A stretch of DNA of 63,033 nt, filler included, from Asterionella formosa (GCA_002256025.1; 19 parts of 19 records of this genome joined end to end with filler, not necessarily neighbours in it), one strand, 5' to 3'. Numbered from the whole stretch's first letter, positions 49,026 to 61,862 are shown. A program made the numbers and translations. The notes: a model not told the origin generated them from the letters alone.

Positions 49026-49746
49026 CTTGGCTGGTCTGTTCTTGAGCGAGAAAGAAGTCTCGAAGGGAGAAAGGAAAGAGAGAAGAGGAGAGTAACACAA
49101 TTGTTGCGAAAAAGTGCAATTATTAGAGAAATATGGAGTCACGTGAGGATGGCTGGCAGTTTTTCTGTTCCAACAAACAGGCAGGAAGCCAGTAGTAGCT
49201 AGTTGCAATGTTTTTGTGTCCGAATCCTAGCACCTGCATCTAGTACCTGCCTACTAGATAAATAGTACAAGACGCACGAATACTCGGATGTACTATATAC
49301 AATACCTGGTCCTTGTTTGTGCGTATAATTTCCCTGAATCACTGCTAGTAGCTACTAGTAGCAAGTACTTTTACTGTCACGCCATTCAGTAACTGTTGAA
49401 TTTTGAAGGTGATAATGCTTGATTATTATTAGTGTAGCAGACTACCGGTAGACCGGTAGACCAGCAACAATGGCCATTTGCAAAGGGAAAATGTCCACTT
49501 TTGCGAATAAATGCGTGATCAATCAGTGATTGTTCGAGATCCAATTCCTATAAATCTCTGGCAAGCTATTTCGGATATCATGTCAAAACATATTCAGTAG
49601 CTGTCTCAGGCTGAGGCTTCCTCTGCATCCGACAGTGAAAGCGACANNNNNNNNNNNNNNNNNNNNNNNNNNNNNNNNNNNNNNNNNNNNTTAATTAATT
49701 AANNNNNNNNNNNNNNNNNNNNNNNNNNNNNNNNNNNNNNNNNNNN

Positions 49747-50105
49747 CTTTGGTACCCACACAAACACCCACTCTGGTACCCACTGTTGTATCCACACAGC
49801 CGCCCACCCCAGGGCCCACACAACCACCGACTTTGGGACCCACTGTTGTACCCACACAAACACCCACTGGGGCACCAGTGACACAATCACCCACTGCGAT
49901 ACCTTGCACCCCTTGGGCACCATTTCCACCAATTCCCCCATTTTCCCCAAGCATCATTAACCTTCCCCCCTTCAACATTTATGGTTGGACAAGATGTGTC
50001 ACTGAAGCACCAACTGAGGCACCAGTGATACAAACACCCCTTGCACCACTCACAGATAGACCCACCAGAAGAGAAAGGCCCACCGATGGATTTCCCTTAC
50101 CCTAA
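49747..50105 (+). CDS. C-terminal fragment of a Pro/Thr-rich (mucin- or cell-surface-like) protein
   Basis: Tandem PTQxPT repeats in an open frame ending at TAA. Confidence 0.6.
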
Positions 50106-51216
50106 CATGACACACTTTTAGAGTGTTCACACGCATGTACAATTCAATCTAGTGGCCTAGTAGGAAATCAATGTCAAAAAGATACCTAAGAGGAATGGCA
50201 CACTTTCAGAGTGCTCTAGTGCACATACAATTTCAATCTAGCCCTAAAATAGTAAAAAACATCATTAATATAAATTTCTCCTAAGTAGATTTATACAAAT
50301 AATGTGAAAACTCACAAAAGTTGAACATGTCATGGCATCATTTTGTGCTGTCTTCTTGCAATGATTGCACTGGTGCAGCACGTTTTCCAAACATTGCTGC
50401 ATACCGGTACTCCATCAAAAGTAAGTGTTGAATTGGGTCTCTCATTTCGGCTGACCATGCTTTCATGTATGAAAGTTGGCCTTTTGTGATGAAGTTGCAA
50501 GTTGTCAACTTTGCATGTGTTCAATAGTTAATTCAAGTACAGTATGCCAAATGCAGAAACGAGCGAGCGATATGAAAAGGAAATACATTCCAATCAGAAT
50601 CATTCTATAACTATAGCTATGTGGACAGTAGTCTGTTATGCACATTTTCGTATCTCTTTCTATGCTGAATCTCAATAGTAAATGTAGTATCAGCCATGTG
50701 AGAATTGAAAATGTCAACGAGAACAAGTAGAATGTGTTTGTTTACGGGTTGATTGGCGAGATTGTCATGCTGAAGTGGACGAAACAGATATACTTTGTGT
50801 GCTGTGTGCGGAAACATTACGAGTTCGAATGGTTTCTTCTCTCCTGTAAACTCTTAATTGAATGATTATGAACAAAGGTTCACTGCACATGACGATTACT
50901 CGAAGATATAAAGATCACTTGACCAACAAATTGAAGACGTTATCGCAAACATTCATTCCGCTTGTCATCGCTAGTATTTCGTTGTTNNNNNNNNNNNNNN
51001 NNNNNNNNNNNNNNNNNNNNNNNNNNNNNNTTAATTAATTAANNNNNNNNNNNNNNNNNNNNNNNNNNNNNNNNNNNNNNNNNNNNCGTCCGGTTATTTG
51101 CAAATGGCTGTACTTGATTAAAAACAAATAACCATTTTGTTAGTAACTATTTATGAGTAAATAAAAATTCTTACTTCCATCTTTCCCCATAGGAATCAAG
51201 CAAAAACGAAAGTAGT

Positions 51217-51398
51217 CCTGACAAGGAATACTGTGTCGTCGATCCGGAAAGTGGGGAACTCATTTGTCTCACAGAAGCCGAAAAGGAGCGTATCTTTCTG
51301 GACGTGCTTCAGTCCTACGATGCCACTGGAATGCAAATGCTCAAGGATGACGAGTTTGACCTATTGAAGGAAGATTTGCAATGGAAGAACGGATCTGA
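51217..51398 (+). pseudogene. PGRL1-like gene fragment
   Basis: High nucleotide similarity to 53260-53445 with substitutions and a 3-bp insertion; isolated between non-coding sequence. Confidence 0.8.
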
Positions 51399-52548
51399 GC
51401 ATATACCGGTATATAGCTAAAACAAGGAAAGACGACACAACAATGAACGTGATGGCTGGTTGTTGAGGATACCGGTATGTGATATGCATCAATCCATCAT
51501 GTCACAAATCATATTATAGTGATGTACATATCAACGCATCCGTATACTTAGATCCTATCCACTGTATAATACTATCATATTAAGTGTTGACTTTAAGTGT
51601 ATACATTAAACGACAAACATATATATCAATTAACATACTTTATGATTGCTTGATTTATTTTTTATGATGTCTTGGTAACACTTGCGTACATATTTTATCG
51701 TATTTTATTGTCATTGTACTATTTTTACATGATCATATTTTGATCAAAATTATATCATAAACATTTGATAAAATCATCATATTTTTATGATCAATTGTAT
51801 CATAGCTATGTGATGTACTTTATTCAATATTACGTATCATACTTTGGTGATGTATGCATCGATGTAACCCTATCATGATATCACAGTATCATCTTATCAA
51901 TCATGATGAGATGATTGGGAAGCAAATGTATTCTGCAACGTGCTACAGGGTATATTATTATATCACGCAATTTAGTAGCGAAGTCACTCCGCCTGTAATG
52001 TACTAAAGTCGACAGTGCACATACCGGTACTCACACGCTAATCAGGTTTGAGGCAACGGACAGTGGTTCCAACGAGCGAATGATGATACCACGGGTACCA
52101 ATTTTTCCAACGAAAGAACTTGTCTCTCTATTGATGAGGATGACACGGACACCGACTTTTCCAGGAGCAAACAACAATGAAGAGACCCACTTCGTCTGCG
52201 TCGCTCTATTGATGGTAACAAAGATGCGGACAAGTTCAACAGTGAATACAAGAACAACATACCATTGAAAACCAGTCGACAGTGTGTGCACGCACACGGC
52301 AAGCAAGTTTGAGGCAACGGACAATTNNNNNNNNNNNNNNNNNNNNNNNNNNNNNNNNNNNNNNNNNNNNTTAATTAATTAANNNNNNNNNNNNNNNNNN
52401 NNNNNNNNNNNNNNNNNNNNNNNNNNGGGAGCTCTTCATGTGTACCGGTACATCATATGACAATAACAATGTATCATATATACATACAGAGTACCAGTAG
52501 CAGGTAGTAAGTGATATACTGGGGTTGTCGGAGTAGTAAACTAGCAAC

Positions 52549-53075
52549 AGAACACCATATGTTCAGGACTGTTGCTACTGCAGTGGGACAGTAAATCATC
52601 ATAGTTTTAGGATAGTATGATCATAAAACTAAAATTCAAAAGAACACCATATGTTCATGACTGTTGCTACTGCAAAGGGACAGTAAATCATCATAATTTT
52701 AGGATCGTATGATCGTAAAATTATGATTTAAAAGAACACCATATGTTCATGACTGTTGCAATTACAGTGGGACAGTAAATTATCATAGTTTTAGGATTGT
52801 ATAATCGTAAAAAAAATCAATTAAACACCCTATTTTTATGAATGTTGCAATTACAGTAGAACAGTAAATCATCATATCTTTAGGATCGTATGATCGTAAA
52901 ACTAAAAAGCAGTAGTCGGAGTAAAAAGCAAGCAATAGAACACCATAGTAAATCATCATAGTTTTAGGATTGTATGATCGTGAAACTGAAAAGCGGTAGT
53001 CGGACTAATAAGCAAGCAATAGAACACCATATGTCTATGACTGCTGCTACTGCAGCGGGACAGTACCGGTAAATG
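52549..53075. repeat. ~92-bp tandem repeat (about 6 diverged or partial units)
   Basis: AGAACACCATATGTTCA..ACTGTTGC...GGGACAGTAAATCATCATAGTTTTAGGAT recurs at 52549, 52641, 52733 and onward. Confidence 0.9.
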
Positions 53076-53142
53076 AATTTAAGATCATCGAACTTTAAGG
53101 AAGACAACGACAACAGCCGGTCGTGTTGCTGGTCCACATTTA

Positions 53143-53665
53143 ATGGCCGAAGAAGGAAGCGACGAAAAGATCACCATTACGAGCGGAACGAGAGAAATCG
53201 CTTACGACGCCAAGTCTGGACAATTCTTTGAGACTAACTTGCAGGAAGAAGAATGCATTCCTGACGAGGAATACTGTGTCGTCGATCCGGAAAGTGGGGA
53301 ACTCATTCGTCTCACAGTAGCCGAAAAGGAGCGTATCTTTCTGGACGCGCTTCAGTCCTACTACCGGTATGCCACTGGAAGGCAAATGCTCAAGGATGAC
53401 GAGTTTGACCTATTGAAGGAAGATTTGCAATGGAACGGATCTGACATGGTTGTCATGAACCGAAAGGAAGCCACATATCTCGCCGCCATGCAGGCATAAT
53501 TGAAAGGTGAACCGATGATGCCAGATGCTGAGTTTGACGCATTGAAGACGGAGCTCAAAGAAACTGGATCGAAGTTTGCAGTCTCAACATCTCCAAAATG
53601 CTACATCGACACTGGAATTTGCACTGTTACATTGAAAGAAGACCAATTCAGATCAAATCTTCTCT
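53143..53665 (+). pseudogene. PGRL1: PGR5-like protein 1 homolog, disrupted and truncated
   Basis: 'EKERIFLDALQSYY..G..MLKDDEFDLLKEDLQWNGS...YLAAMQA*LKGEPMM.DAEFDALK..LK..GS...PKC' follows the PGRL1 repeat pattern. In-frame TAA at 53497-53499, a 6-bp insertion at 53364-53369, and no signal peptide. Confidence 0.8.
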
Positions 53666-53765
53666 NNNNNNNNNNNNNNNNNNNNNNNNNNNNNNNNNNN
53701 NNNNNNNNNTTAATTAATTAANNNNNNNNNNNNNNNNNNNNNNNNNNNNNNNNNNNNNNNNNNNN

Positions 53766-54740
53766 CAATACTTTCACTGGCACACTTCCCACAGAGATTG
53801 GACTCTTGACAAGTCTCACTGATCTAGTTTTGTCTGACAATACTTTCACTGGCACACTTCCCACAGAAATTGGTTTCTTGACAAGTCTCAATTATCAAGA
53901 TTTGTCCAGCAATATTTTCACTGGCACACTTCCCACAGAGATTGGACTCTTGACAAGTCTCAATATTCTAGATGCATTCAATGGATCAGTCCCTCAAGAT
54001 TTCTAATTACTGATGACATAATAGTGGTCCATATGTGTTATGCACAGAATGCTGCTAGGGTTAGATAAAATATGTAGGCAAGATTGGACTCTTGATAATT
54101 TTTACTGATCTACCGGTATATTTGTTGAACAATACTTTTTTCCTTTGGAGATGTAGCCCCTTGATGTTTTGGAACTAGAGTCACAGGGTTCTGTCCTCTA
54201 TTGCTATGGGTTTTGCTCCCCATGTGATTTGAGACTCTATGTCTGGATTTCTTGTTGTTGCCTGTATCTTTGATTGTAACCTTTGGCTGGTTGTCTTGCT
54301 CTAATGGAGAGGGATTGGTTGCATTGGAACAAACATTACATTATTGCAACTGAATGGTGAGGGTCTTGTTGGATCTATTCCTCCAGAGATTGCGGCTCTT
54401 GATCAAAAATTGAGTAAGCAAGCAAAGATTTGAGAGAAAACATGGTTTTGCTGAATTTTGCAATCTAACAACCACTTTTGCCTGTTATTTCGTTGATTAG
54501 GGTACATAGATTTGAGCAACAATACGATTTTGGAACTACCTTCAAGCTTCAATAAGCTTTCAAATCTAGGTGAGTGACAAGGATATCGGAAAACAGTTTT
54601 GAAGATTTTTCTAAACCAAAACCTTTTTTTATGGCTATTTCTATAGAGTACTTCAATTGCAAACCTTTTTTTTTACTTCAATTGCTCATCTAATATAATT
54701 GCGCAGCTACCACCCATCTCTGAATCTATGACTAATCTTT
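53766..54740 (+). pseudogene. LRR gene fragments (tandem 72-bp LRR units, then degraded intron-split LRR exons)
   Basis: 'NTFTGTLPTEIGLLTSL' three times, then 'LNGEGLVGSIPPEIAAL' and 'YIDLSNNTILELPSSFNKLSNL' separated by GT-AG introns, with frame disruptions. Confidence 0.6.
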
Positions 54741-55104
54741 GTAAGTGCTCCTTATGGTTAGGGTTAGGGTTATTTTATTGTGAATCAACGGAATACCATC
54801 TTATTCGGTACTATCCTCCAATGAGTTGAGTGGTTCATAGGTATGGATTGCTCCAATATTGATGAAGTTATTGACAAGTCAGTAGTGGTAACAATCACCA
54901 CCGTGTAGGGTGTAGGTGAAAAAATCCGGGCTATGACATGTAAATGATGAGTAGCATTGATCCATTGTGAATCAACGGAATACCATCTTATTCGGTACTA
55001 TCTTNNNNNNNNNNNNNNNNNNNNNNNNNNNNNNNNNNNNNNNNNNNNTTAATTAATTAANNNNNNNNNNNNNNNNNNNNNNNNNNNNNNNNNNNNNNNN
55101 NNNN

Positions 55105-56343
55105 AGGGCGTCAAAATGAGTGTTTTAGGGTTTTTCAAAATCTTAAAAATATGAAAAAAAATATAAAAATATAAAAAAAAGTATAAAAATATAAAAAAAG
55201 TATAAAAATATAAAAAAAAGTATAAAAATATGAAAAAAAATATAAAAATATAAAAAAAGGATAAAAATATAAAAAAAAGTATAAAAATATGAAAAAAAAT
55301 ATAAAAATATAAAAATATGGAAAAAAATATAAAAAAAAGGCAAACTCTAAATGAATACGATTACCCTAGGGGGGGAAAGTATATTCCTAGTAACTAATTG
55401 AGATAGTATTGCAATTAACGATAGGTAAGTATAGTCCTATTGTAAACCTATTGTGATCTGTTCTAAGTATAATACTATTGTAAACCTATTGTAGTTTCTT
55501 CTAAGTATAATCCTATTGTAAACCTATTGTGATCTGTTCTAAGTATAATACTATTGTAAACCTATTGTAGTTTCTTCTAAGTATAATCCTATTGTAAACC
55601 TATTGTAGTTTCTTTTAAGTATAATACTATTGTAAACCTATTGATGTTTTTAAGTATCATAGGACGTAGGTCTTTTGTGGTAATAGTATGATTCCCGAAG
55701 GTAAGTATAATCCTATTGTAAACCTATTGATGTCTTTAAGTATCATAGGACGTAGGTCTTTTGTGGTAATAGTATGATTCCCGAAGGTAAGTATAATCCT
55801 ATTGTAAACCTATTGTAGTTTCTTTTAAGTATATTCTTATTGTAAACCTATTGATGTTTCTTTTATCCTTTAAGAAGAGAGAGAGAAAGAGAAAAGGAAG
55901 AGAGAGGGGTGCGGGGAGAGAGAAACTGTTTATTTTACCATCTAAAAAATGAAATTTGATGTCGGTATTTTACCGCTGTACAAATTCAAGACCACTTAAA
56001 AAATACAATTTCATTATTCTTCGAAATATATATTGTTTACCGTTTAAAAAATGAAATTTGTTGTTGGTATTTTACCGCTGTACAAATTCAAGACCACTTA
56101 AAAAATACAATTTCATTATTCTTCGAAATATATATTGTTTACCGTTTAAAAAATGAAATTTGTTGTTGGTATTTTACCGCTATACAAATTCAAACCCGTT
56201 AAAAAAAGGTAATTTCGTTTTTAAAGTTCAATTCAAAATATTCAATCCTGAGTGGTACTAGGGATTGCAAAAATACCCTTCAAATACGACGGTGTTACCG
56301 TACGTAAACATGGTAGTTTATTTTGGGTAAAAACTATTTTTTC
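55105..56343. repeat. Very AT-rich contig of layered tandem repeats
   Basis: AAAATAT-type array at 55145-55340; 38-bp units from 55437 with a longer duplicated unit; purine tract at 55872-55925; 102-bp units at 55943, 56045 and 56147. Confidence 0.9.
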
Positions 56344-57325
56344 NNNNNNNNNNNNNNNNNNNNNNNNNNNNNNNNNNNNNNNNNNNNTTAATTAATTAAN
56401 NNNNNNNNNNNNNNNNNNNNNNNNNNNNNNNNNNNNNNNNNNNTTGGCAACTGCATTCAAATAAAATGTTTCTTGTTTTATCGATCATTGCTTTTGGCCG
56501 TCTCGAGAAAAATCGAGATAAATGAGGACCCTTTTTCTTGCCACCAGCCGCATCTTCTCCTCAACAAGCAGGGCCATACAAGGAATGATCGTCTAGCACC
56601 ACAAGAGGGTCAATTTGTGTTGGATTATTGTTTGCGAAACCTCAAAAGAGGACCTGATGGGGAGGATTAAATGGATAGTGATGATTACTTTTTGAATGAG
56701 GATTTGTAATAGTACTAGGGTGTACTGCTAACAAGGGTTTTTCCGCCTCAGTCGTGTGGCTGCTGTATTGGATCCACAGATGCTCCAACTATTTAAAAAA
56801 TGATTTATATATCATATTACTACTATGACTAGGCAGCAAGACCATGACCTTGTGGATGGATGTCAATGTAACTTGTCACCTACTAGATGAAATCCTTGAG
56901 CTCTTGGAGGAACTTGTCCTGCAGGACTGTCCACCAATGGAAGTGAACTGTTGATCCAACTTTCACCGTTGATCAGCAACAGAGATGATGAGCGTGGCTG
57001 TGCCCATAATTGCTTGCCTTGTTGCCATCAAGCCAAGGACCTGACCAGCATCAGGGACATGAGGGATGTCATCCATGTGAACATCTATGTCGATTAAGAT
57101 GAATTGAAATCATACTAGCAAAATAAATGCATGAGCATTGCTTGATATATAGTACTACATAAATCCAATGAAAATATGTTTACAGATGCCTCATTGTTAA
57201 CCGCCATTGTGAGTATGCTTTAGCTAGATCATCGCTTTAAATCATTTTAAAAGCTTCATACTCTTTCTCATGGGCCGGTATCTGCTTACACAGGCAGAAC
57301 TTACCTGCTGTAGTACTTACTGCAC

Positions 57326-57620
57326 TGTTATCTTTTGCTTCTAGTCTTCTTGCTAGTTTTCGCTATTTACCTTACTCAGTCAATTTTCACTATTTCCTTC
57401 ATTATAAGCTTCAACTAGCTAAAGCAACAACCCTAGTTTCAATCCCATTCATTACACTTTGACAACCTGTTCTCTGTGTTCCCTTTTGGTTCATGCAAGC
57501 CTTCTCTGACTGATAAGAAACATCAGTCTCATGAGGAAGCCTCTTGATATGGAAACACAATTTGATTCATTGGACTGTGGTCGAGTCCACAGTCCTCGTG
57601 ACTCATTATAAGCATTGATA
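57326..57620 (-). repeat. LTR-like repeat, copy 3
   Basis: Aligns with 11-300. Confidence 0.7.
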
Positions 57621-57781
57621 ACCGTGGCGGTATAATGGTACAGGTACCTAGTGTTGGGCTTGCAAGTCAAACTGTCAAATTNNNNNNNNNNNNNNNNNNN
57701 NNNNNNNNNNNNNNNNNNNNNNNNNTTAATTAATTAANNNNNNNNNNNNNNNNNNNNNNNNNNNNNNNNNNNNNNNNNNNN

Positions 57782-58300
57782 CAAAAATTGAAGGGTTTCA
57801 TTGAGTTTAACTCTCAGCAGACCCAAACTGAGTCACACTTTCAATATGAATCATTAGCCTTCTTCATGTGACCCTTGAATATCCAACACAACAAAGCTGT
57901 TTTCAATCTTTAAGTCAATGCAGATTTATTTATTTTATTTGGTTTAACTCTCGTCAGCAAGCAGACCGGAATCGATTTTTGATTTCCATATGAATCATTA
58001 CTAGTCTTCATCAAATAATGATAGATTATTCTGTACAACAAACAGTATGCATGCACTTTTTCGAACGAGTCGACACAGACCTGACAGAACTGTTTGTTTT
58101 CGATTGAATGCTCACTTGATCAAAATTGAATTTCTATTTCCATGTGAATTATTATTCTTTGCTGTGACGGTGGTACTTTGTTGAACAAAGCTCGACTCAA
58201 GTAGAATTGATTGTTTACATCATATGTCAGCTAGCCCCAACTCAATTTTCGCTTTGCTTCCAGAACATATGAATTCTTCTTCTTCATTATGACCATTGAT
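57782..58300. repeat. AT-rich interspersed repeat (family of 7440-7900)
   Basis: Inverted homology to 7440-7900. Confidence 0.55.
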
Positions 58301-58848
58301 GTTATCCAACAACCCCAAAACATAACAATGCTGGTCCTTGTTCATAGAACTTGTACTTCATGATGAAATAATTAACTAGCAAATCAAAACAGTATTTTTG
58401 AACTTTTTAGACTATTTGGTACCGATTGAATTTTGATTTTGATCTGAACTGCTATTTGAAGTCATGATGTGAAATTTTTTCCAACATCGACTCGAAATAG
58501 CATTCTCTTGGTACTGCCAGCTAACTCAAAATGCTAGTCACATGGTGCATTCTTGAGTGTACCACCAGGTGAACCATACAATTCCATCCATGCACAATTT
58601 CATACATGCATTGTATATTTTATAATTTTTTGCCCTATTTCGACATCAAGTACATCTAAGCCGCGTATTACGTGAAGTGACCATCACATAAATAAGCCTA
58701 GTTGATTTTGAATGCATCACATGAATTAGTTGAATACATCAAAATACGTAGTTGAATATATCTATATATTATCTGAATACATCACGTTAAATATTTGATC
58801 AAAGTATCATGCATGCATTCCTGATCATCACTATATTATGTGATCACG

Positions 58849-59015
58849 TTCACATAATTATTTGAAATACTTCACATAATTATTTGAAATACTTCACATA
58901 ATTATTTGAAATACTTCACATAATTATTTGAAATACTTCACATAATTATTTGAAAATACTTCACATAATTATTTGAAATACTTCACGTAATTCTGTAATT
59001 TCGTTCACATAATTC
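58849..59015. repeat. 22-bp tandem repeat TTCACATAATTATTTGAAATAC
   Basis: Six near-perfect units plus degenerate ones. Confidence 0.92.
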
Positions 59016-59540
59016 TAGANNNNNNNNNNNNNNNNNNNNNNNNNNNNNNNNNNNNNNNNNNNNTTAATTAATTAANNNNNNNNNNNNNNNNNNNNNNNNN
59101 NNNNNNNNNNNNNNNNNNNTGCTTCCATTTCGCTTTCCTTTCCTCTTTTTAACTTTCACTTCAGCCTCCAGAGCTAGATGACAAAGGATAAAGAATTGAT
59201 GATGGTTTTTTCATCACCAAAAACTTGATTACTGATGACATCATTAGGGTCGTTCTTATCATTTTTTTTCGTGTATCACGGAATTTGAATTTTTTTGAAA
59301 ATGTATCAGCAACGGTAACTCGATTTGAACTGAATTTCATTCATTCCAAAAGTGTCACTGTATCACTAATTTGTGATCACATTGTATCATGGAGTAAAAT
59401 GAATCTTCAACGGCAACTGGCTGGCGAAGATCATGTGTATATCCCTCCGGAATATAATGATGGTCTTGATATCAAGCAACAACAAAATATAATTACCGGG
59501 AAACTAAATATAATATTAAAAACACACATTTGCATGAATC

Positions 59541-60357
59541 ATGTCATCGCCATTTGATTTACTTGATGATAATGACGATGACAGTAGTGATCTTGATTTC
59601 TTCTTCCTCTGTCATTTAGCTAAGGAAGCAGAGGAAAAAGAACACTCATCCAAACGACAAAGGCGACGCTGTAAACGGCAGCTTCAGTCATCTGAACGAC
59701 GACGACAACGAAGGCACAAGTGGCACCACGAAAGAATCTCCTGGCAATCACATGTCGAGAAACTCAATCACGAGATTGCTTTCGAGAAGACATACAGAAT
59801 GTCACACAGAGCATTCAAAAAACTCACCTCCATGCTGGAAATTCAGATTGCAGGGAATTATTCCAAATGTGGCACTTCTGAGCCCATAATTCCCGAAATT
59901 GTGGTAGCCATTGGTTTGCGATGGCTGGCTGGTGGCAGTTACATCGACATTCGTCATGCCTACGGTTGTAGCATTGCTTCACTTTATCGATGTCGTGATT
60001 TGTTCATTGATGCTGTACTAAACTGTGGAGAACTCGAAATTGTTTTTCCAAAAGAAAAAGAAGAATTTATCAAATTGGCTTCCAGCTTTGAATGCAAAAG
60101 CTCAGAGGGCATGATGAGAGGATGTGTTGGTGCTATTGACGGCTTCCTAGCCACCATCAACCGCCCGACTATAGTTGAAAGTGGCAACAACCCTGGTTCA
60201 TTTTTTTCCGGTCACTACATGACTTATGGAATCAATGTCCAGGCTGTTTGTGATGCTGACTCAAGATTTATTTATTTTGGTGTAATTGCACCGGGAAAAT
60301 GCAGTGACCAAGTAGCTTTTGAACGAACTTCCATTTTCGATCGAGTTGCAGCATTCA
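59541..60357 (+). CDS. PIF/Harbinger DDE transposase (DDE_Tnp_4-like), 3'-truncated by contig end
   Basis: 'FEKTYRMSHRAF..L', HTH 'AIGLRWLAGGSYIDI', first catalytic Asp in 'GCVGAIDG', and 'FFSGHY..YGINVQAVCD'. Frame intact up to the gap. Confidence 0.88.
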
Positions 60358-60457
60358 NNNNNNNNNNNNNNNNNNNNNNNNNNNNNNNNNNNNNNNNNNN
60401 NTTAATTAATTAANNNNNNNNNNNNNNNNNNNNNNNNNNNNNNNNNNNNNNNNNNNN

Positions 60458-60908
60458 ACAAAGAATGTCATTCTTAAATGCTGACTTTTTTAGATATATG
60501 AAGGACACTGCATTTTATTTGCCACCAAATCATCCCCCTGTAGACCTCGTTGTTGCCCTGCATGCATGCGGTGATCTTTCAGACCTAGCACTCGACTTTG
60601 CTCAAAAGAGAAATGCTCCTTTTGTTATCTGTCCTTGTTGCTACAACAAGCGTCTTGTTCCTGAATATGACCCACCGTGGCATAAGATACTTGGAGACAA
60701 ACTTACTCATACTCAACGTATTGCAGAAAGTGAGATTCGGATGGAAAGCTTGCGCGCCATGACGATTATCAATTCACTTCGCTTGCACTCGTATTACGGA
60801 GCCGAACTATCAGATACAAGGCCGAATCTGTCTATGGACACATTTTCTGCAACTTATTCGCTCAGGAACGTTGTGCTTGTTGGGGGATCACAAGCCAGTA
60901 TAATATAG
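60458..60908 (+). CDS. C-terminal part of a Methyltransf_32/GSTCD-like SAM methyltransferase
   Basis: 'VVALHACGDLSD...FVICPCCY...S.RN.VLVG'; 5' end lost in the gap. Confidence 0.8.
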
Positions 60909-60989
60909 CCACGTTTGTTAATAATAATAATTATTATTATAGTGAACGTCGTTATCGCTAGAGTTTAGATCTATACAACAGCATTTCGA

Positions 60990-61695
60990 TCAGCACCAAA
61001 GATGGAGACCACCAAAAAGTGGAATAGGTTTCTGCTGATCAATGTGGCCTTCTCCAATTCCTAATCTCCCTGATCCTTTTCCAAACGACAAAGTTTTGCC
61101 ATCGTGTTTCACTACTATTGAAGAATCAAATCCTGCACAAGCTTTCACAACGCCAGAGCAATCAACAACCTGTGGATGCCAATCAGCTTCACCAGATACA
61201 GCATCCGTCCCCCACCTATATACTTGCCCTTCTTCACATGTTGCCAGTGCATGCTTTGCACCAATACTGACGGATTTGATACTAGGTGGGTTCTCCCCAT
61301 TTTTTTTTGGAGGAAAAATGATTGATGTTGGCCCATTAACTGAGGTTTGCCTTTTTCCGTGTCCCAATAGACCAAACATGCAATTTCCAAATGAAAAACA
61401 TCGGCCATTCGTTGTGACAACGAAAGTAGAATGACGGCCCAAAGCGACTTGCAAGGGAACTTCCGGTCTGCTTCCCGTGGTAACAAGAACAGAGCGGTCC
61501 ACAGATGAAAGTAACGACTTTTTATTCAGCGGTGGCTGTCCTTTTCCCCTTCTGCTGTAAGAAGGGTGATAAGATAGAGTTTCGACACGATATGGCTTAG
61601 CCAAAATACGAGGTGCCAGCACAGGGTTCCTTTCATCCGACTCAACCGGTGGTAATCCAAGAGCCCCGTGAGTTGCATCACCCCAAGTATAAAGT
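60990..61695 (-). CDS. C-terminal part of an RCC1-repeat protein
   Basis: 'QVALGRHST....G..FSFG....GLLGHG', 'SVSIGAKHALA....GQVY.WG', 'GRLGIG'; open to the gap. Confidence 0.82.
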
Positions 61696-61862
61696 NNNNN
61701 NNNNNNNNNNNNNNNNNNNNNNNNNNNNNNNNNNNNNNNTTAATTAATTAANNNNNNNNNNNNNNNNNNNNNNNNNNNNNNNNNNNNNNNNNNNNCTCGA
61801 ACAAGAAAAAAGTCGCTCGTCAATAAACAACTTCCATTACATTCAAGACAACGACATTGACA

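Noticed and set aside
54757..54772. Telomere (TTAGGG)
   Set aside because: Only about two internal units.
55437..55860. CRISPR-like look of a constant repeat with intervening sequence
   Set aside because: The 'spacers' are short, recur identically, and no cas genes are present. It is a tandem repeat.
20125..61751. Regularly spaced TTAATTAATTAA repeats and apparent gene neighbourhoods across them
   Set aside because: Artificial spacers joining length-sorted contigs; no biological periodicity or synteny.
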